Origin: Octopus sinensis
Taxonomy: Eukaryota
Direction: 5' to 3'
Length of the DNA stretch: 64,000 nt
NCBI RefSeq assembly: GCF_006345805.1
Contig: NC_043002.1
Coordinates: 10,912,001-10,976,000, forward strand
The notes below the pieces were generated by a model. That model saw only the letters and a program-made list of their open reading frames with translations. It ran no database searches and was not told where the DNA came from. Below are positions 25,420 through 39,286 of this stretch, piece by piece (within the stretch, counting starts at the first letter, position 1; each line of letters begins with the position of its first letter). Both the position numbers and the translations under genes were made by a program.

Positions 25420-25499
25420 AAAGAAGAACAATTAGATGAACAACACCAAGAACAAGAACATTATTAACTACGACACAAACAGTAGCAGCAATGAAATAG

Positions 25500-26337
25500 T
25501 AAGAAGAAGAAGAAGGAGAAGAAGAAGAAAAAGAAGAAGAAGAAGAAGAAGAAGAAGAAGATAAGAAGGAAAAGAACAATAACAACAAAAGAAGAAGAAG
25601 AAGAAGAAGAAGAACAACACAACAACAACAAGATAAGAAGGAGAAGAACAATAACAACAAAAGAAGAAGAACAACAACAACAACAACAAGATCAGAAGGA
25701 AAAGAACAATAACAACAAAAGAAGAAGAAGAAGAAGAAAAAAAGAAGAAGAAAAAGAAGAACAAGAAGAAGAAGAAGAACAACAACAACAAGATAAGAAG
25801 GAGAAGAACAATAACAACAAAAGAAGAAGAAGAACAACAACAACAACAAGATCAGAAGGAAAAGAACAATAACAACAAAAGAAGAAGAAGAAGAAGAAGA
25901 AGAAGAAGAAGAAAAAGAAGAAGAAGAAGAAAAAGAAAAAGAAGAACAACCAACAACAACAAGATCAGAATAAAAGAACAATAATAACAAAAGAAGAAGA
26001 AGAAAGAAAAAAGAATACAGAAAGAAGAATAAAATAAGAACAACAACAACCCAACAATAATAAGAAGGAGAAGAACAATAACAAAAACAACAAATAGAAG
26101 AATAAGAAAGAAAAAGAATAAAATGAAGAAGAAGAAGAAGAAGAAGACGACACAACAACAAGCAAGTCATCAGAAGTAGGGAAAGAAACAATAACAACAA
26201 AAGAAGAAGAAGAAGAAGAAGAATAAGAATAAATAAAAAAAGAATAACAACAAGAAGAGAAGAGAAGAAGAATAAAAATAAAAAGAATAAAGAAGAAGAA
26301 GAAGAAGAAAAAAAGAAGAAAAGAATAAGAGAAGAAG

Positions 26338-26371
<34 letters not shown>

Positions 26372-26420
26372 GCAACAACAACAGCAACAACAACAACAAC
26401 AGCAGCAGCAACAGGAACAA
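25500..26420. repeat. Compound (AAG)n/(AAC)n minisatellite with alternating unit variants
   Basis: Units begin GATAAGAAGGAGAAGAAC or GATCAGAAGGAAAAGAAC. Confidence 0.85.
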
Positions 26421-26914
26421 CAACAACATTAGTAGCAGCAGCCGGATCTGTATTGGCTTTTCTCCTTCATGTCAGCTCTCGTCCATCAGCCATAATTAAA
26501 GGTGTTGCGACCACGCAGTCATATCTTATTTTCAGACAGAATATATTGAAGACGACATTATTAGCTGCTAAATCTCACTCTTAAATCTCAGCCTTCCCTT
26601 GAGGGAACTCGTAGATTCTCGTTCGTTTGATATTGTTGTGTGGTTTCTTTACAGGTTTGTTCCTGCGCCAAGGAACCTATAACGATACACGTTCCAGCCT
26701 TACCTTCCCTCTTCTAGTTAGTCGTATTCTGAGAAGGGTTATATATTTCCAGTGTTTTCCTACGCATTCCAAAACAGTAATGTATGTCAGTTACGGAAGA
26801 TAAGGTTGATATGCCAAGCAGGATATGTCACCTCGTTTGTTTTCGTGCATGTGTATGCGTGTATATACTTAAACGCTACAGGACATTTTTTGCTGTTTCA
26901 GGAGTTGCTGTTTC

Positions 26915-27370
26915 AGGAGTGGTAAGTAGCTTGCTTACCAACCACATAGTTCCGGGTTCAGTCCCACTGCGTGGCATCTTGGGCAAGTGTCTTCTACTAT
27001 AGCGTCGGGCCGACCAAAGCCTTGTCAGTGGATTTGGTAGACGGAAACCGAAAGAAGCCTGTCGTATATATGTATATGTATATATATGTGTGTGTGTGGT
27101 GTGTGTGTGTGTGTGTGTGTTAGTGTGTGTGTGTGTGTGTGTTTGTGTTTGTGTGTGTGTGTTTGTGTTTGTGTGTCTGTTTGTCCCAACATCGCTTGAC
27201 AACAGATGCTGGTGTGTTTACGTCCCCCTAACTTAGAGGTTCGGCAAAAGAGACCGATAGAATACGTAATAGGCTTACAAAGAATAAGTCCCGGGGCCGA
27301 TTTGTTCGACTAAAGGCGGTGCTCCGGCATGACCACCTTCAAATGACTGAACAAATAAAAGTGTAAAAGA
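26915..27370 (+). mobile_element. SINE-A
   Basis: Similarity to the other copies. Confidence 0.88.
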
Positions 27371-27380
27371 GTAGGTATAT

Positions 27381-27615
27381 TAAGGCGGCGAGCTGACAGA
27401 ATCGTTAGCACACCGGGCAAAATGCTTAGCGATATTTCGTCTGCTGCTACGTTCTGGGTTCAAATTCCGCCGAGGTCGACTTTGCCTTTCATCCCTTCTG
27501 GGTCGATTAAATAAGTACCAGTTACGCACTGGGGTCGATATAATCGACTTAATCCGCTTGTTTGTCCTTGTTTGTCGCTTCTGTGTCTAGCTCCTTGTGG
27601 GTATTAAAGAAATAG
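27381..27615 (+). mobile_element. SINE-B
   Basis: Full head, body and tail. Confidence 0.88.
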
Positions 27616-29472
27616 GTATATATCGTAGGCTTTCTAAGGGCCTCCATTTTGAGATTGTCTCGTAGAGATTTAATACGCTATCCAAAATGCACCGATAATT
27701 ATCGGAGTGAATGTAAACTTACAATCCGAGCAGAGAAGCTGTAGGTGTTTAAAAGAAATTGTCTGTTATTCTTTCCTTCACTGGTTTTGAAATAAATGTC
27801 TACAGCTGCGGTGAAATTGCTCTCTACAAGTGTAAGCAATTTATCTTTCGGTGTTAACATTCTATATCAGTCTGTTTTATTTGCACGTTGCGAAAGTTTT
27901 GATAGGAATCTTCTACTAAGCTTCCTTGTATTCAACAAAGAAATTATTCACTATGCTATTTCAGATCTGCCTTTCCTACGGGTGGCATCGTATACGGTTT
28001 TAACAACGTCATCTCGCTGCATTAAGAGATAATGCTTTAATGACATTTTCACGCAGCTGTTGAACTCATGTATAATTTCCTCTGAAATGTGACAACATCG
28101 ACATTTCCCGTTGTACCTTTCGGATTCAACTGGCTAATTATCTCTTTGCATGCATGCAGGTATGTATGTGTGTATGCATGCATGTACGTATGGATGGATG
28201 AGTGGATTGATGGATTTATGTATGTATGTATGTATGTAGCTATGTGTGTGTGTATGTGCGTATATATGTGTGTCAATGCGCGTGAATGTATGTATGTATG
28301 TATATATGTGTGTCAATGTGTGTCACTCAGCTACAAAGAGTAGCAGCAATGAAATAGTAAGAAGAAGAAGAAGAAGAGGAAGAGGAAGAAAAAGAAGAAG
28401 AAGAAGAAGAAAAAGAAATGGAGGAGGAGAGAGAGGAGAAAAAGAAGTAGAAAAAAAGAGTAAGAAGAAGAGAGAGAAGAATAGAAGAAAAGAAGATAGA
28501 AGAGTAGAAGAGAAGATGGTAGAATGTATGTATGTATGTATGTATGTATGTAGCTATGTGTATGTGAATGTATGTATATATGCGTGTCAATGTGTGTGGA
28601 TGCATGTATATATGTATGTATGCGTACGTATGCATGCATGCATGTATGTATGTATGGATGGATGTATTTATGTATGTATGTGTGTATGTATGTGTGTCAA
28701 TGTGTGTGGATGTATGTATGTATATATGTATGTATGTGTATGTATGTGTGTATGTATGTATGTATTTATGGATGTATTTATGTGTGTATGTATGTATGTG
28801 TGTATGTGTGTGTATGTATGTATATGTATGTATATATGTGTGTATGTGTGTATGTATATATGTATGTGGGTGTATGTATGTATGTGTGTGTATGTGTGTA
28901 TGCATGTATATATGTTTGTATGTATGTGTGTATGTATGTTTGTATGTATGTATTTATGTATATATGTATGTATCTATGTGCGTGCGTCTATATGTTTGCT
29001 TCTGCGTATGTTGTACGTATCTAAGGATGTATGTATGCATATATATATGTGTGTGTGTGCGTGCGTGTGTGTATGTATGTACGTATGTATGTATGTACGT
29101 ATGTATGTACGTATGTATGCATGTATATGTGTATATGTGGGGTCGCGTAGTTTAGTGGTTGCGCTCATGATCGCAGTCTATATTCACTGGTTATATACTT
29201 GCAGTAAGATCGTAAAGTTATAAATAAAATTAAATGTGAAGCCATGCATTCATTTATATATGTAAACATGTATGCATGCACGTATGTATTTATGTATATG
29301 TATGTGATATTATGTAAAACGCATATGTATGCATATATGCACGTACGCGAAAATATGTGTCTAGTAATCTCAAGAATACAATATAACAATGTTTAGAAAG
29401 TTCACTTCGCAATCATGAAGTCCTTGGCTTGAGTTCGATTCCGCAATGTGGGTTTTCAGAAAGTGTAATATA

Positions 29473-30037
29473 TTGGGTTGTCCGGAAAGTTCGTGCCGCT
29501 TTATAGTAGCTTACCTTTCGACTTATTTTAGAACATGGTTGAGTCCATAAAACAGGATTTGACTACACCTCCATTTAGAGCACAGTTTAAGCTACCTTTT
29601 CGTGGAAGAGGGTTTATGTTCCTATAACCTGTGTTAATTCTGTAACCCTTTGAAATGGAAGATAAGAAAGTTCATTTTCGGCACTTGATGCTGTGGGAAC
29701 CAGACAAAAATTGCCGCAGCTCGGCTGGGATGTGTTACCCCACCCTCCATATTCACCAGATATTGCTCCTTCGGATTTCCACTTATTCAGGTCTCTGCAA
29801 AATAGTCTTAATGGTAAAAATTTCAATTCCTTCGATGACATAAAAAGATACCTTGATTAATTCTTTGCCATGAAACCACCACAGTTCTGGGAAGAGGGTA
29901 TGTTCAAGTTAAAGGAAAGATGGAGACGCATTGTGCAACAAAATGGTTCATATTTGGTTGATTAAAAATGTAATGGCAAGTATTTATTGACCTTTTCTTT
30001 CCTTTAAAAATCGACACGAACTTTCTGGACAACCCAA
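29473..30037 (+). mobile_element. Internally deleted mariner (mellifera-like TIR), TA TSD
   Basis: TA|TTGGGTTGTCCGGAAAGTTCGTG...CACGAACTTTCTGGACAACCCAA|TA. MEDKKVHFRHLMLWE fused to LGWDVLPHPPYSPDIAPSDFHLFRSL. Confidence 0.92.
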
Positions 30038-31129
30038 TATTATAAAGCAGAAAACTATCAGTGTTGTTAAAGCGTCGGACAATAATATTTAAAGACATTT
30101 ATTCCGGCTCTTTACGTTCTAAGTTCAAATCCCGTCAAGGACAAATTTACCTTTCTATCGCAGTCGATGAAATAAGGTACCAAACAAGTACTGGGGTCAA
30201 TGTAATCGACTTGTCTCCTCCCTTAAAAATCGAAGACCTTGCACCCTGCAACGGTTCGGTGTCTGTTTAGGTGGGGCGAATGTTGTGGCTTCGGTCACTT
30301 CTACGCCCGGGAAACCGTATAACCCGCAGTATGAGTCACAGGGCCCAAGAAAATGAAAATAAAAAGAAAATTCCATAGCCTCGGGTTGATCCGAGTCTTG
30401 TGAATAAAACTGATTTGGCGAGAACAGCTTAGAAGACGTTAACTGGATTGTATGTCTTTCAATGGCCCGGCTTTGTGACACCAGTCTCAAGATGATTCTG
30501 TGTGAGAACTTCTTTAAGAGTCCATATGTCTGTGGAATATTCAGCCACTTAGGAGATTAATTCTGTGAGCAGTTAATGCAATGCATTTAATCGAACAACT
30601 GAACATTCATCGTCAAAACTGGCGAAGATCCATTTACCGATATGTACAAAATCCGTATTCTTCATAACTGCATCTCTGATCTTGACTGAAGGGAAATTAT
30701 TTGATTAACGTTGTTGGAAAATGAATAAACGTCACTAATTATCGCCCAATCTTTATAATTCTGATATTTTGTCTCATAAACAAGATGGCGGTTACAATGA
30801 CGAATGATCGCACGTATTTATTATGTCTTTCAGTCTAAAAAATTTCGTATTTTCTTTGTTCAACCGAACTAGAAACAAATTTGTGTTTTTCCCCACCATC
30901 CCACTATATAATCCCCTTTATTATCACCACCGCCATCGCCATCGTCACCACCAACACCACCAACAGCATTCCCAATATTGTCACCATCGCCACCGCCATC
31001 TTTACTACCACCACTATCACGTGATCGAATAAGTTATGTCCCTGCACTATTCTTGCGTCTCTGTATCTGGATAGATTCGATTCATATTTATAAACATATT
31101 GTATCGCTGAAGGTTAGAATAAATGATCG

Positions 31130-31786
31130 CATGAATGAATGAATGAATGAATGAATGAATGAACGAATGAATTAAAGAAAAAGGAAATAGGAAAAAAGAA
31201 TTAAATGATGGAATGTTGAGAAATAAAGATGAAAGAAATGAAAGATTGAAAGAAAAAAATGAAGGGAAAATAGAAAATGCGAATGAAGAAAAAGGAAAGA
31301 AAGAAAGAAAGAAAGAAAAGCAGGAAAGAAAGAATGGAAAGCAGGAAAGAAGGTAGGAAGGCAAGGAAGGAAAGGAAGGAAAGAGGGCAAGAGGGATAGA
31401 AAGACACGTAGACAGAAAAAGAAGAAAGAACGAAAGAAAGAAAGAAAGAAAGAAGGAAAGAAGGAAAAAAGAAAGAAAGAAAAATTAGGAAAGAAGGAAG
31501 GAAAGAAAAGAAGGAAAGAAGGCAGAAAGAAAGAAAGGAAAGAGGGGAAAGAGAGATGGAAAGGCAGACAGAAAGAGAAAAAAAGAAAAAAGAAAGAAAG
31601 AAAGAAAGAAAGAAAGAAAAAGAAAGAAAGAAAGATGGAAAGAATGAAAGAAAGACGGAAAGATGAAAGAATGACGGAAAGAAAGAAAGGAAAAGAAAAA
31701 AAAGAAAGAAAAAGGATAAAAGATAGAAGGGAAGCAGGAACGAAAAAAGGAGAGAGGGAAAGAGAGATGGAAAGACAGACAGAAAG

Positions 31787-31850
<64 letters not shown>

Positions 31851-32410
31851 GGAAAGAATGAAAGAAAAACGGAAAGAAAGAAAGGAAAAGAAAGAAAGAG
31901 AAAGAAAAAAGGATAAAAGATAGAAGGAAAGCGGGAACGAAAAAGAAGGAAAGAGGGAAAAGGGAGTATAAAGACAGAGAGGAAGATAAAAGAAAGAAAG
32001 AAAGAAAGAAAGGAAGGAAAGAAAGACGGAAAGAAGAACGAAGGACGGAGATGAAAAGAAAGAAAAAGAAAGACAGACACAAAGACGGAGTGGAGGCAAA
32101 GAAAGAATGAATGAAAGACAGAAAGAAAGAAAGAAAGAAAAAACGAAAGGGAGAGGGAAAGAAGGAATGAAAAATGGAAAGACAGACAGACAGAAAGAAA
32201 GAACGAAAGGAAGAAAGCAAGAAAGAAAGAACAAAAGAAAGATGGAAAGAAGATGGAATGACGGAAAAAAGAGAGAGTGATTGAAATAAAGAAAGAAAGA
32301 ACGAAGGAAGGAATAAGGAAACAGAAAAGGAGAAATATTGGCAGAAAGAAAAAAAAAGATACGAAGAAAAAGAATGATTGAAAGAAAGAAGCAAATGAAC
32401 AAAAAAACGT
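31130..32410. repeat. 1.3-kb homopurine (GAAA)n-derived tract with ~230-bp higher-order duplication
   Basis: GGATAAAAGATAGAAGG...GAACGAAAAA recurs near 31710 and 31910. Confidence 0.85.
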
Positions 32411-33179
32411 ACAAATAAAGGAAAACTCTACTCTCCTTAAAATTCTGTTCTGGAGTCGTTGGAAGAATTTCGGATAGAAACGTGCTTAACAAGGGTATTA
32501 CAGAAAGGCTTGGATATTATTGATGAGGGTGGTATTATAATATACACACACACACACATATACACACTCACGCACACATACACACACACACACCACACAC
32601 GCACATGCGCACAGATGCACACGCGCGCGCGCACACACTCGTGCACATCACGCGCGCACTCTTTGGAGCGCGTATATAATGAACTGTTGCGAGCACGTAG
32701 ATGGGAGGGTATACATGTATATACACTTTGTATGTGCGTGTGTAGAATGTCATATACGTTTTCATGTGTGTATGTATGGGTTGTGTGTGTGTATCAGCGC
32801 GCGAGAGTGTGTGTGTGTGAGAGAAAGAGAGAGACAGAGAGAGAAAGCGAGTTTGTGTGTGTGTGTGCGTGTGTGTATGTGTGTTTGTGTTAGTGTACGT
32901 GCAAGTGTGTACGTACGTGTGTATCAGTGTGTCTCTGTGCGTGTGTAGCAGAACGCGTGGATGCATGTGACAAGAAACAGCGGGATGAAAAGGTGGACGG
33001 GAATGAAATGGAAAGAGAGAGAGAGAAGGTGGGTAGAGAAAGAAAGAAAGGAAGAAAGAAAGAAAGAAAAAAGAAAGAAAGAAGGAAAGGAAGAATGAAA
33101 GAAAGACAGAAGAACAATTAGAGGAACAACACCAAGAACAAGAACATTATCAACAACACAAATAAACAGTAGCAGCAAT

Positions 33180-33184
33180 GAAAT

Positions 33185-33217
<33 letters not shown>

Positions 33218-33860
33218 AAGAAGAAAGAAAGAAAGAAAGAAAGCAAGAAGAAGAAAAAGAAGAAGAAGAAGGGGAGGATGGGGAAGAGGAGGACGAGAAG
33301 AAGAAGAAGAAGAAGAAGAAGAAGAAAGAAAGAAAGAAGAAGAAGAAAGAAAGCAAATAAGAAGAAGAGAAGAAGAAGAAGAAGAAGGGGAGGATGGGGA
33401 AGAGGAGGACGAGAAGAAGAAGAAAAGAAACGAAGAAGAGAAAAAAGAACGAAAAAAGAAAGCAAGAAAAGAAGAAGAAGAAGAACCGATGGAGTAGGAG
33501 GAGAGTAGGGTGGAGGAGGACGAGAAGAAGAAGAAGAAGAAACCTATGGAGGAGGAGGATGAAGAGGAGGAAAGAGGTGGGAGGATGGAGGAGAGGGAAA
33601 AAGAAGAAGAAGAAGAAGAAGAAGAAGAAGAAGAAGAAGAGAAGAAAAGAAGAGGAAAAGAAGAAAAAACCAAAGAAGAAGAAGAGAAGAAGAAGAAGAA
33701 GAAGAAGAAAAAAGAAGAAGAAGGGGAGGATGGGGAAGAGGAGGACGAGAAGAAGAAGAAGAAGAAGAAGAAGAAAGAAAGAAAGAAAAAGAAAGCAGAA
33801 GAAGAAGAGAAGAAGAAGAAGAAGAAGAAGAAAAACCAGAAGAAGAAGAACAACAACAAC
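33180..33860. repeat. (GAA)n-rich tract with recurrent GGGGAGGATGGGGAAGAGGAGGACGA unit
   Basis: Read directly from sequence. Confidence 0.85.
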
Positions 33861-34529
33861 AACGAAACAACGACTGCAACATCAACAACATCAACAAAAT
33901 CAACAACGGCAGATACAACAAAATTACAGAACGCACGACGCCATTGTTCTTCGGTGGATGTTATTCCCTTTCAGTTTGTTATGACGTCATAACTTTATTG
34001 AATAATGTCAGTTTCTCGACTTTAGAACGTTAAGGTGTTAAATACCCGACTAGAAATATAATTCGTCAACAAAGAAAACACAATCTTAACCCACAATACG
34101 CAATTGAAATAGTATTGAATTAATCGTGTAACCATCAATGTATCTTACTTTATGAATATGTATCGTCGGCAGGCAAGTTACAATGCGATCTGTCCAGAGT
34201 AACATCCATTATGGACGTGTTGTGTTTAAAAACACAGTATATATATGTTGTAAAAATTAGCCTAGCGACCAGCGAGAAAACCATGTGTATTTTGGCTTAG
34301 TTAGGCCTTACCAGTCCATGTACTCATACCTAGTTACATGCTTGGATAAGATTTGTCATATCTAATATAGGAATCAGTTATTAAAGCATTGCCTAGGGTT
34401 GCGAATAGCTTGCCTAGCTGAATAAATATTCGGTATATGTAACTGAAGTAGTTTTAGATTATTATTACGTATGTACCATATTCAATATCTAGTATTAACG
34501 CGCGCACACACACATGTGTGTTTGTGGTC

Positions 34530-34860
34530 AAGTGCATGGCTCTGGTTAGAGCGTCAGATTCACAATCATGACGCTGTGAGTTCGATTCTTGGTCAGGCTG
34601 TGTGTTGTGTTCTTGAGCAAGAAACATTTTTTTTATTTTACGTTGCTCCAGTTCACTCAGCTGTAGAAATGAGTTGCGACGTCACTGGTGCCAAGATGTA
34701 TTGGCCTTTTCTTGGATAACATTGGTGGCATAGAGAGGAGAGGCTGGTGTGCATGTGCGACTGCTGGTCTTCCATAAACAAATTTGCCCGGCGTTTTGCC
34801 TCGAAGAGGAACTTTCTAGGTGCCATCTTATGGTCAGTCATGACCAAAGGCGGTCCTTAT
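34530..34860 (+). mobile_element. SINE-D
   Basis: Reverse complement of 15878-16218. Confidence 0.8.
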
Positions 34861-35039
34861 TCTTTATACACACACACACACACATAAACGTTTCTACCCA
34901 AGGCAAAAGCCCTGAAATTTTAGGGGAGGGGGACCAGTCGATTAGAGCGACTCCAGTACGCAACTGGTATATATTTAATTGTAAAAATATATTTTAAAAA
35001 AGTATCCAGAAGTAGGAGTGGCCATGTTGTAAGTAGCTA

Positions 35040-35200
35040 GGCGTAGGAGTGGGTGTGGTGAGTAGTTTGCTTACGAACCACATGGTTCCGGGTTCAGTCC
35101 CACTGCGTGGCACGTTGGGCAAGTGTCTTCTACTATAGCCTCGGGCCGACTAAAGCCTTGTGAGTGGATTTGGTTGACGGAAACTGAAAGAAGCCCGTCG

Positions 35201-35272
<72 letters not shown>

Positions 35273-35470
35273 TGTGTCTGTGTTTGTCACCCCAACATCG
35301 CTTGACAACCGATGTTGATGTGTTTACGTCCCCGTAACTTAGCGGTTCGACCTAAGAGACCGATAGAATAAGTACTAGGCTTACAAAGAATAAGTCTTGG
35401 GGTCGACTTACTCGACTAAAGGCGGTGCTCCAGCATGGCCACAGTCAAATGACTTAAACAAGTAAACGAG
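35040..35470 (+). mobile_element. SINE-A (short duplicated head at 35011-35040)
   Basis: Similarity to the other copies. Confidence 0.88.
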
Positions 35471-35836
35471 AGAAAAAGCGAGAGTACAGTATTGTTTATA
35501 CTTGCTTGGGGTTTTGGAACGTAACAGCCGCGATAGGCGACGAATTACTGGATTGAACATTTCCAACATATGCTCCGTCTCTATCCGTACAAATTTCAAA
35601 TCAATCCTTCGCGTTCCGAAACATATTTTGAAGCATTTCCGGAGTTATCTTTTGCACTGGCATCTGAGTACGTTCAGTTAGTCCGGATAAACTATTGCCC
35701 CACCCTGGGGATGGAGGTGGAGGAAATTATTGCAGCCAATTTGTTAAAAAAGCTGTCGTGGGCAGATAAGCCGAATCCAACAGGCAAAACATTATAGAAG
35801 TTATAAAATTATATACAAAATTCATTAACACTCCTA

Positions 35837-36435
<599 letters not shown>

Positions 36436-36632
36436 TATATACTACACACGATAAATATAAATAAAAGTTGCTTTTTTAAGGGACCGATTTCACTGAAATA
36501 GTTCATTCGAGGACATGTAAATATGTATATTAGGGGAAAAGAGAAAGAGAGCGGGAGAGAAGGAAATAGATATACGCTGCTTATTGTCGAACGCATGAGA
36601 AAGAAGTGCTTAATACGTATTGTAGAGGATAC

Positions 36633-37028
36633 TCACTCTTTACTCTTTTACTTGTTTCAGTCATTTGACTGCGGCCATGCTGGAGCAAATCGACCCCAGG
36701 AGTTATCCTTTGTAAGCCTAGTACTTATTCTATCGGCCTCTTTTGTCGAACCGCTAAGTTACGGGGACGTAAACACACCAGCATCGGTTATCAAGCGATG
36801 TTGGGGGGGAGGACAGACACACACACACAAACGCACACACATATACATATATACACACATATATACGACGCACTTCTTTCAGTTTCCGTCTACCAAATCC
36901 ACTCACAGGGCTTTGGGCGGCCCAAGGCTATAGTAGAAGACACTTGCCCAAGGTGCTACGCAGTGGGACTGAACCCGAAACCATGTGGTTCGTAAGCAAG
37001 CTACTTACCACACAGCCACTCCTACGCC
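36633..37028 (-). mobile_element. SINE-A
   Basis: Similarity to the other copies. Confidence 0.88.
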
Positions 37029-37558
37029 TTAGACATGTTTTTTTCTTTTTGAAGCTGAAGCTGGGAGTTCGTGTCGCAACTCCTGTTTCACGCAACTGCA
37101 TGACGCCTGAAGATTGCAGCAACGTGAAACTCGAACCACAAGACAAACTCTTCTCTTCTATTTCAATAAACAAGTATAAAGATATGTGTGTGTGTTTGTA
37201 TGTATGTATATATACGTATACACACGTGCATACCTGTATATATGAATGTGCATATTCAACGTATAAATGTTGTAGTAAGTTCATGGTGTATTTTAGAACA
37301 GTACTTACTTTCATTGCTTAATGAATATTAAATTGGCAAGGCGAATCAATAGGGAAATGAGTAATTAAAATTTTCGGAAGACAATCGGAAACATATTAGA
37401 ACAATACTAAGTTCTGGTTTCACACTTGTTAACAGGAGACTAATTAACAGAATATTACTATTAGACATAACACAAGTAATAAAGTGAGCGTTGCGGTATA
37501 CGATAGCAATGTATGTGTCTGGTTATTAAATAAGACACAGACAGACAGACAGACAGAC

Positions 37559-37624
<66 letters not shown>

Positions 37625-37658
37625 ACAGATAGATAGATAGATAGATAGATAGATAAAC

Positions 37659-37740
<82 letters not shown>

Positions 37741-37747
<7 letters not shown>

Positions 37748-37945
37748 TGTTTCTTTATTAGCCACACAGGGCTGCACACAGACGGGACAGATTACAAGGT
37801 AGAGCTTTTCGTTTTGGGGATAAAAAAGGGGGTTAGGTATTCGATCAAAAGGGATCGTTAAAAGGAAAGAAAGAGGAAAGCAAAAAAAAAAGGAAACGAA
37901 AAGAAAAAAAGAAAAAAAGAGAGGGGGAAAAAGAAAGGGAAAGAT
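37741..37945 (-). mobile_element. 5'-truncated Tx1 LINE 3' UTR within (GATA)n
   Basis: ATATGTTTCTTTATTAGCCACACAGGGCTGCACACAGA matches 46291-46328. GATA repeats on both sides. Confidence 0.85.
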
Positions 37946-38112
37946 ATTTAGATAGATAAATAGATTGATAGATAGGTAAACAGACACAAAGAGAATGAGA
38001 GTTGATAGCGATATGTTTTTCGTGGTCAACAGTGGCAACTCTCCAATGGAGTTTCATAACCTCGCTTTAACGAATACAATTATAGTCAAAGGTTGGCTAC
38101 TGTTATAAATAT

Positions 38113-38505
38113 TCTTTCTTACTCTAGGCACAAGGCCTAGAAATTTTGAGGGAGGGGCCAGTCGATTAGATCGACCCCAGGACGCAACTGGTACTTAATT
38201 TATCGACCCCGAAAGAATGAAAGTCAAAGTCGACCTTGGCGGAATTTGAACTCAGAACGTAACAGCGGACGAAATACCTATTTCCTTATTACCCACAAGG
38301 GGCTAAACACAGAGGGGACAAGCAAGGACAGACATTGGTATTAAGTCGATTACATCGACCCCAATGCGTAACTGGTACTTAATTTATCGACCCCGAAAGG
38401 ATGAAAGGCAAAGTCGACCTCGGCGGAATTTGAACTCACAACGTAACGCAGACAAAATACCGTTAAGCATTTCGCCCGGCGTGCTAACGCTTCTGCCAGC
38501 TCGCC
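38113..38505 (-). mobile_element. Chimeric SINE-B dimer (full B1 plus head-less B2)
   Basis: Same junction (GAAATA|GGTATTTCGTC) as at 3041. Confidence 0.85.
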
Positions 38506-38531
38506 GCATTATGCACACATATATTTTAAAA

Positions 38532-38748
38532 GGGCGGCGAGCTGGCGGAATCGTTAGCACGCCGGGCGAAATGCGTAGCCGTATTTCATCTGCCGTTACC
38601 TTCTGAGTTCAAATTCCGCCGAGGTCGACTTTGCCTTTCATCCTTTCGGGGTCGATAAATTAAGTACCAGTTACGCACTGGGGTCGATATAATCGACATA
38701 ATCCGTTTGTCTCTCCTTGTTTAGCCCCTTGTGGGTGGTAAAGAAATA
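38532..38748 (+). mobile_element. SINE-B with TSD ATATATTTTAAAA, head-to-head with the dimer
   Basis: Direct repeats at 38519-38531 and about 38748-38760. Confidence 0.88.
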
Positions 38749-38907
38749 TATATTTTAAAACACTGTCATATGCTATTTCTAAAACTATTTCCTTACACAC
38801 CAGTTTGACTGACAGCAGAACATTTATACTTTCAAAAACGGATATATGAATGTTTCTTAATAATTTTAATAATAAATTTAATAATCATTTTCATTCGACG
38901 TCAAATT

Positions 38908-38944
<37 letters not shown>

Positions 38945-38950
<6 letters not shown>

Positions 38951-39286
38951 CAATTTAGGAGTGACCCTAACAGGTCATTCGTCCACCAGAAAGAGCAGCC
39001 ATAACTCACACCGTAGGCATCGATACAGACGCCTCGTGTATATTTGTCTCTCCCAGGTCTTTTACTGATGAAGTGTAACCTATGGTAGATTGGCTTAATT
39101 TTATTTTAATTAAGCTAATTTAATCATTAATGACACAGAAACGTTGCAACGTCTAAAAGATGAATTAGGGTAAATGTTTTTAAATTTTCACCTAATTTCT
39201 GAATTACTACTACTTGGCGGTGTGAGTTATGGCTGCTCTTTCTGGTGGACGAATGACCTGTTAGGGTCACTCCTAAATTGTTATAT
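38945..39286 (+). mobile_element. 342-bp hammerhead cassette bounded by perfect 69-bp inverted repeats, in (TA)n
   Basis: 38945-39013 is the exact reverse complement of 39218-39286. Confidence 0.85.
39058..39160 (+). ncRNA. Type-I hammerhead ribozyme motif (H2), GUC site, long helix II
   Basis: UCUUUUA-CUGAUGA-AGUGU...ACACA-GAA-ACGUUGCAACGU-C-UAAAAGA; 7-bp helix I, 12-nt palindromic helix III, 14-bp inner stem in domain II. Confidence 0.82.

Noticed and set aside
26540-28100. Several polypyrimidine-AG acceptor-like sites in unique sequence
   Set aside because: No matching donor with a recognisable open frame; host exons cannot be supported.
25280-33992. Long tracked ORFs (up to ~400 aa) of poly-L/F/S, poly-K/R/E or YVCM repeats
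   Set aside because: They are translations of stop-free microsatellites and show no coding signature.
35570-35797. ORF with LRLYPYKFQI, resembling a Tc1-type linker
   Set aside because: Only one short motif, with no catalytic residues or TIRs.
37065-37140. CTGAAGA...GAAACTCGAAC with an imperfect inverted repeat
   Set aside because: Helix III and the cleavage triplet do not form on one strand; too degenerate to call.
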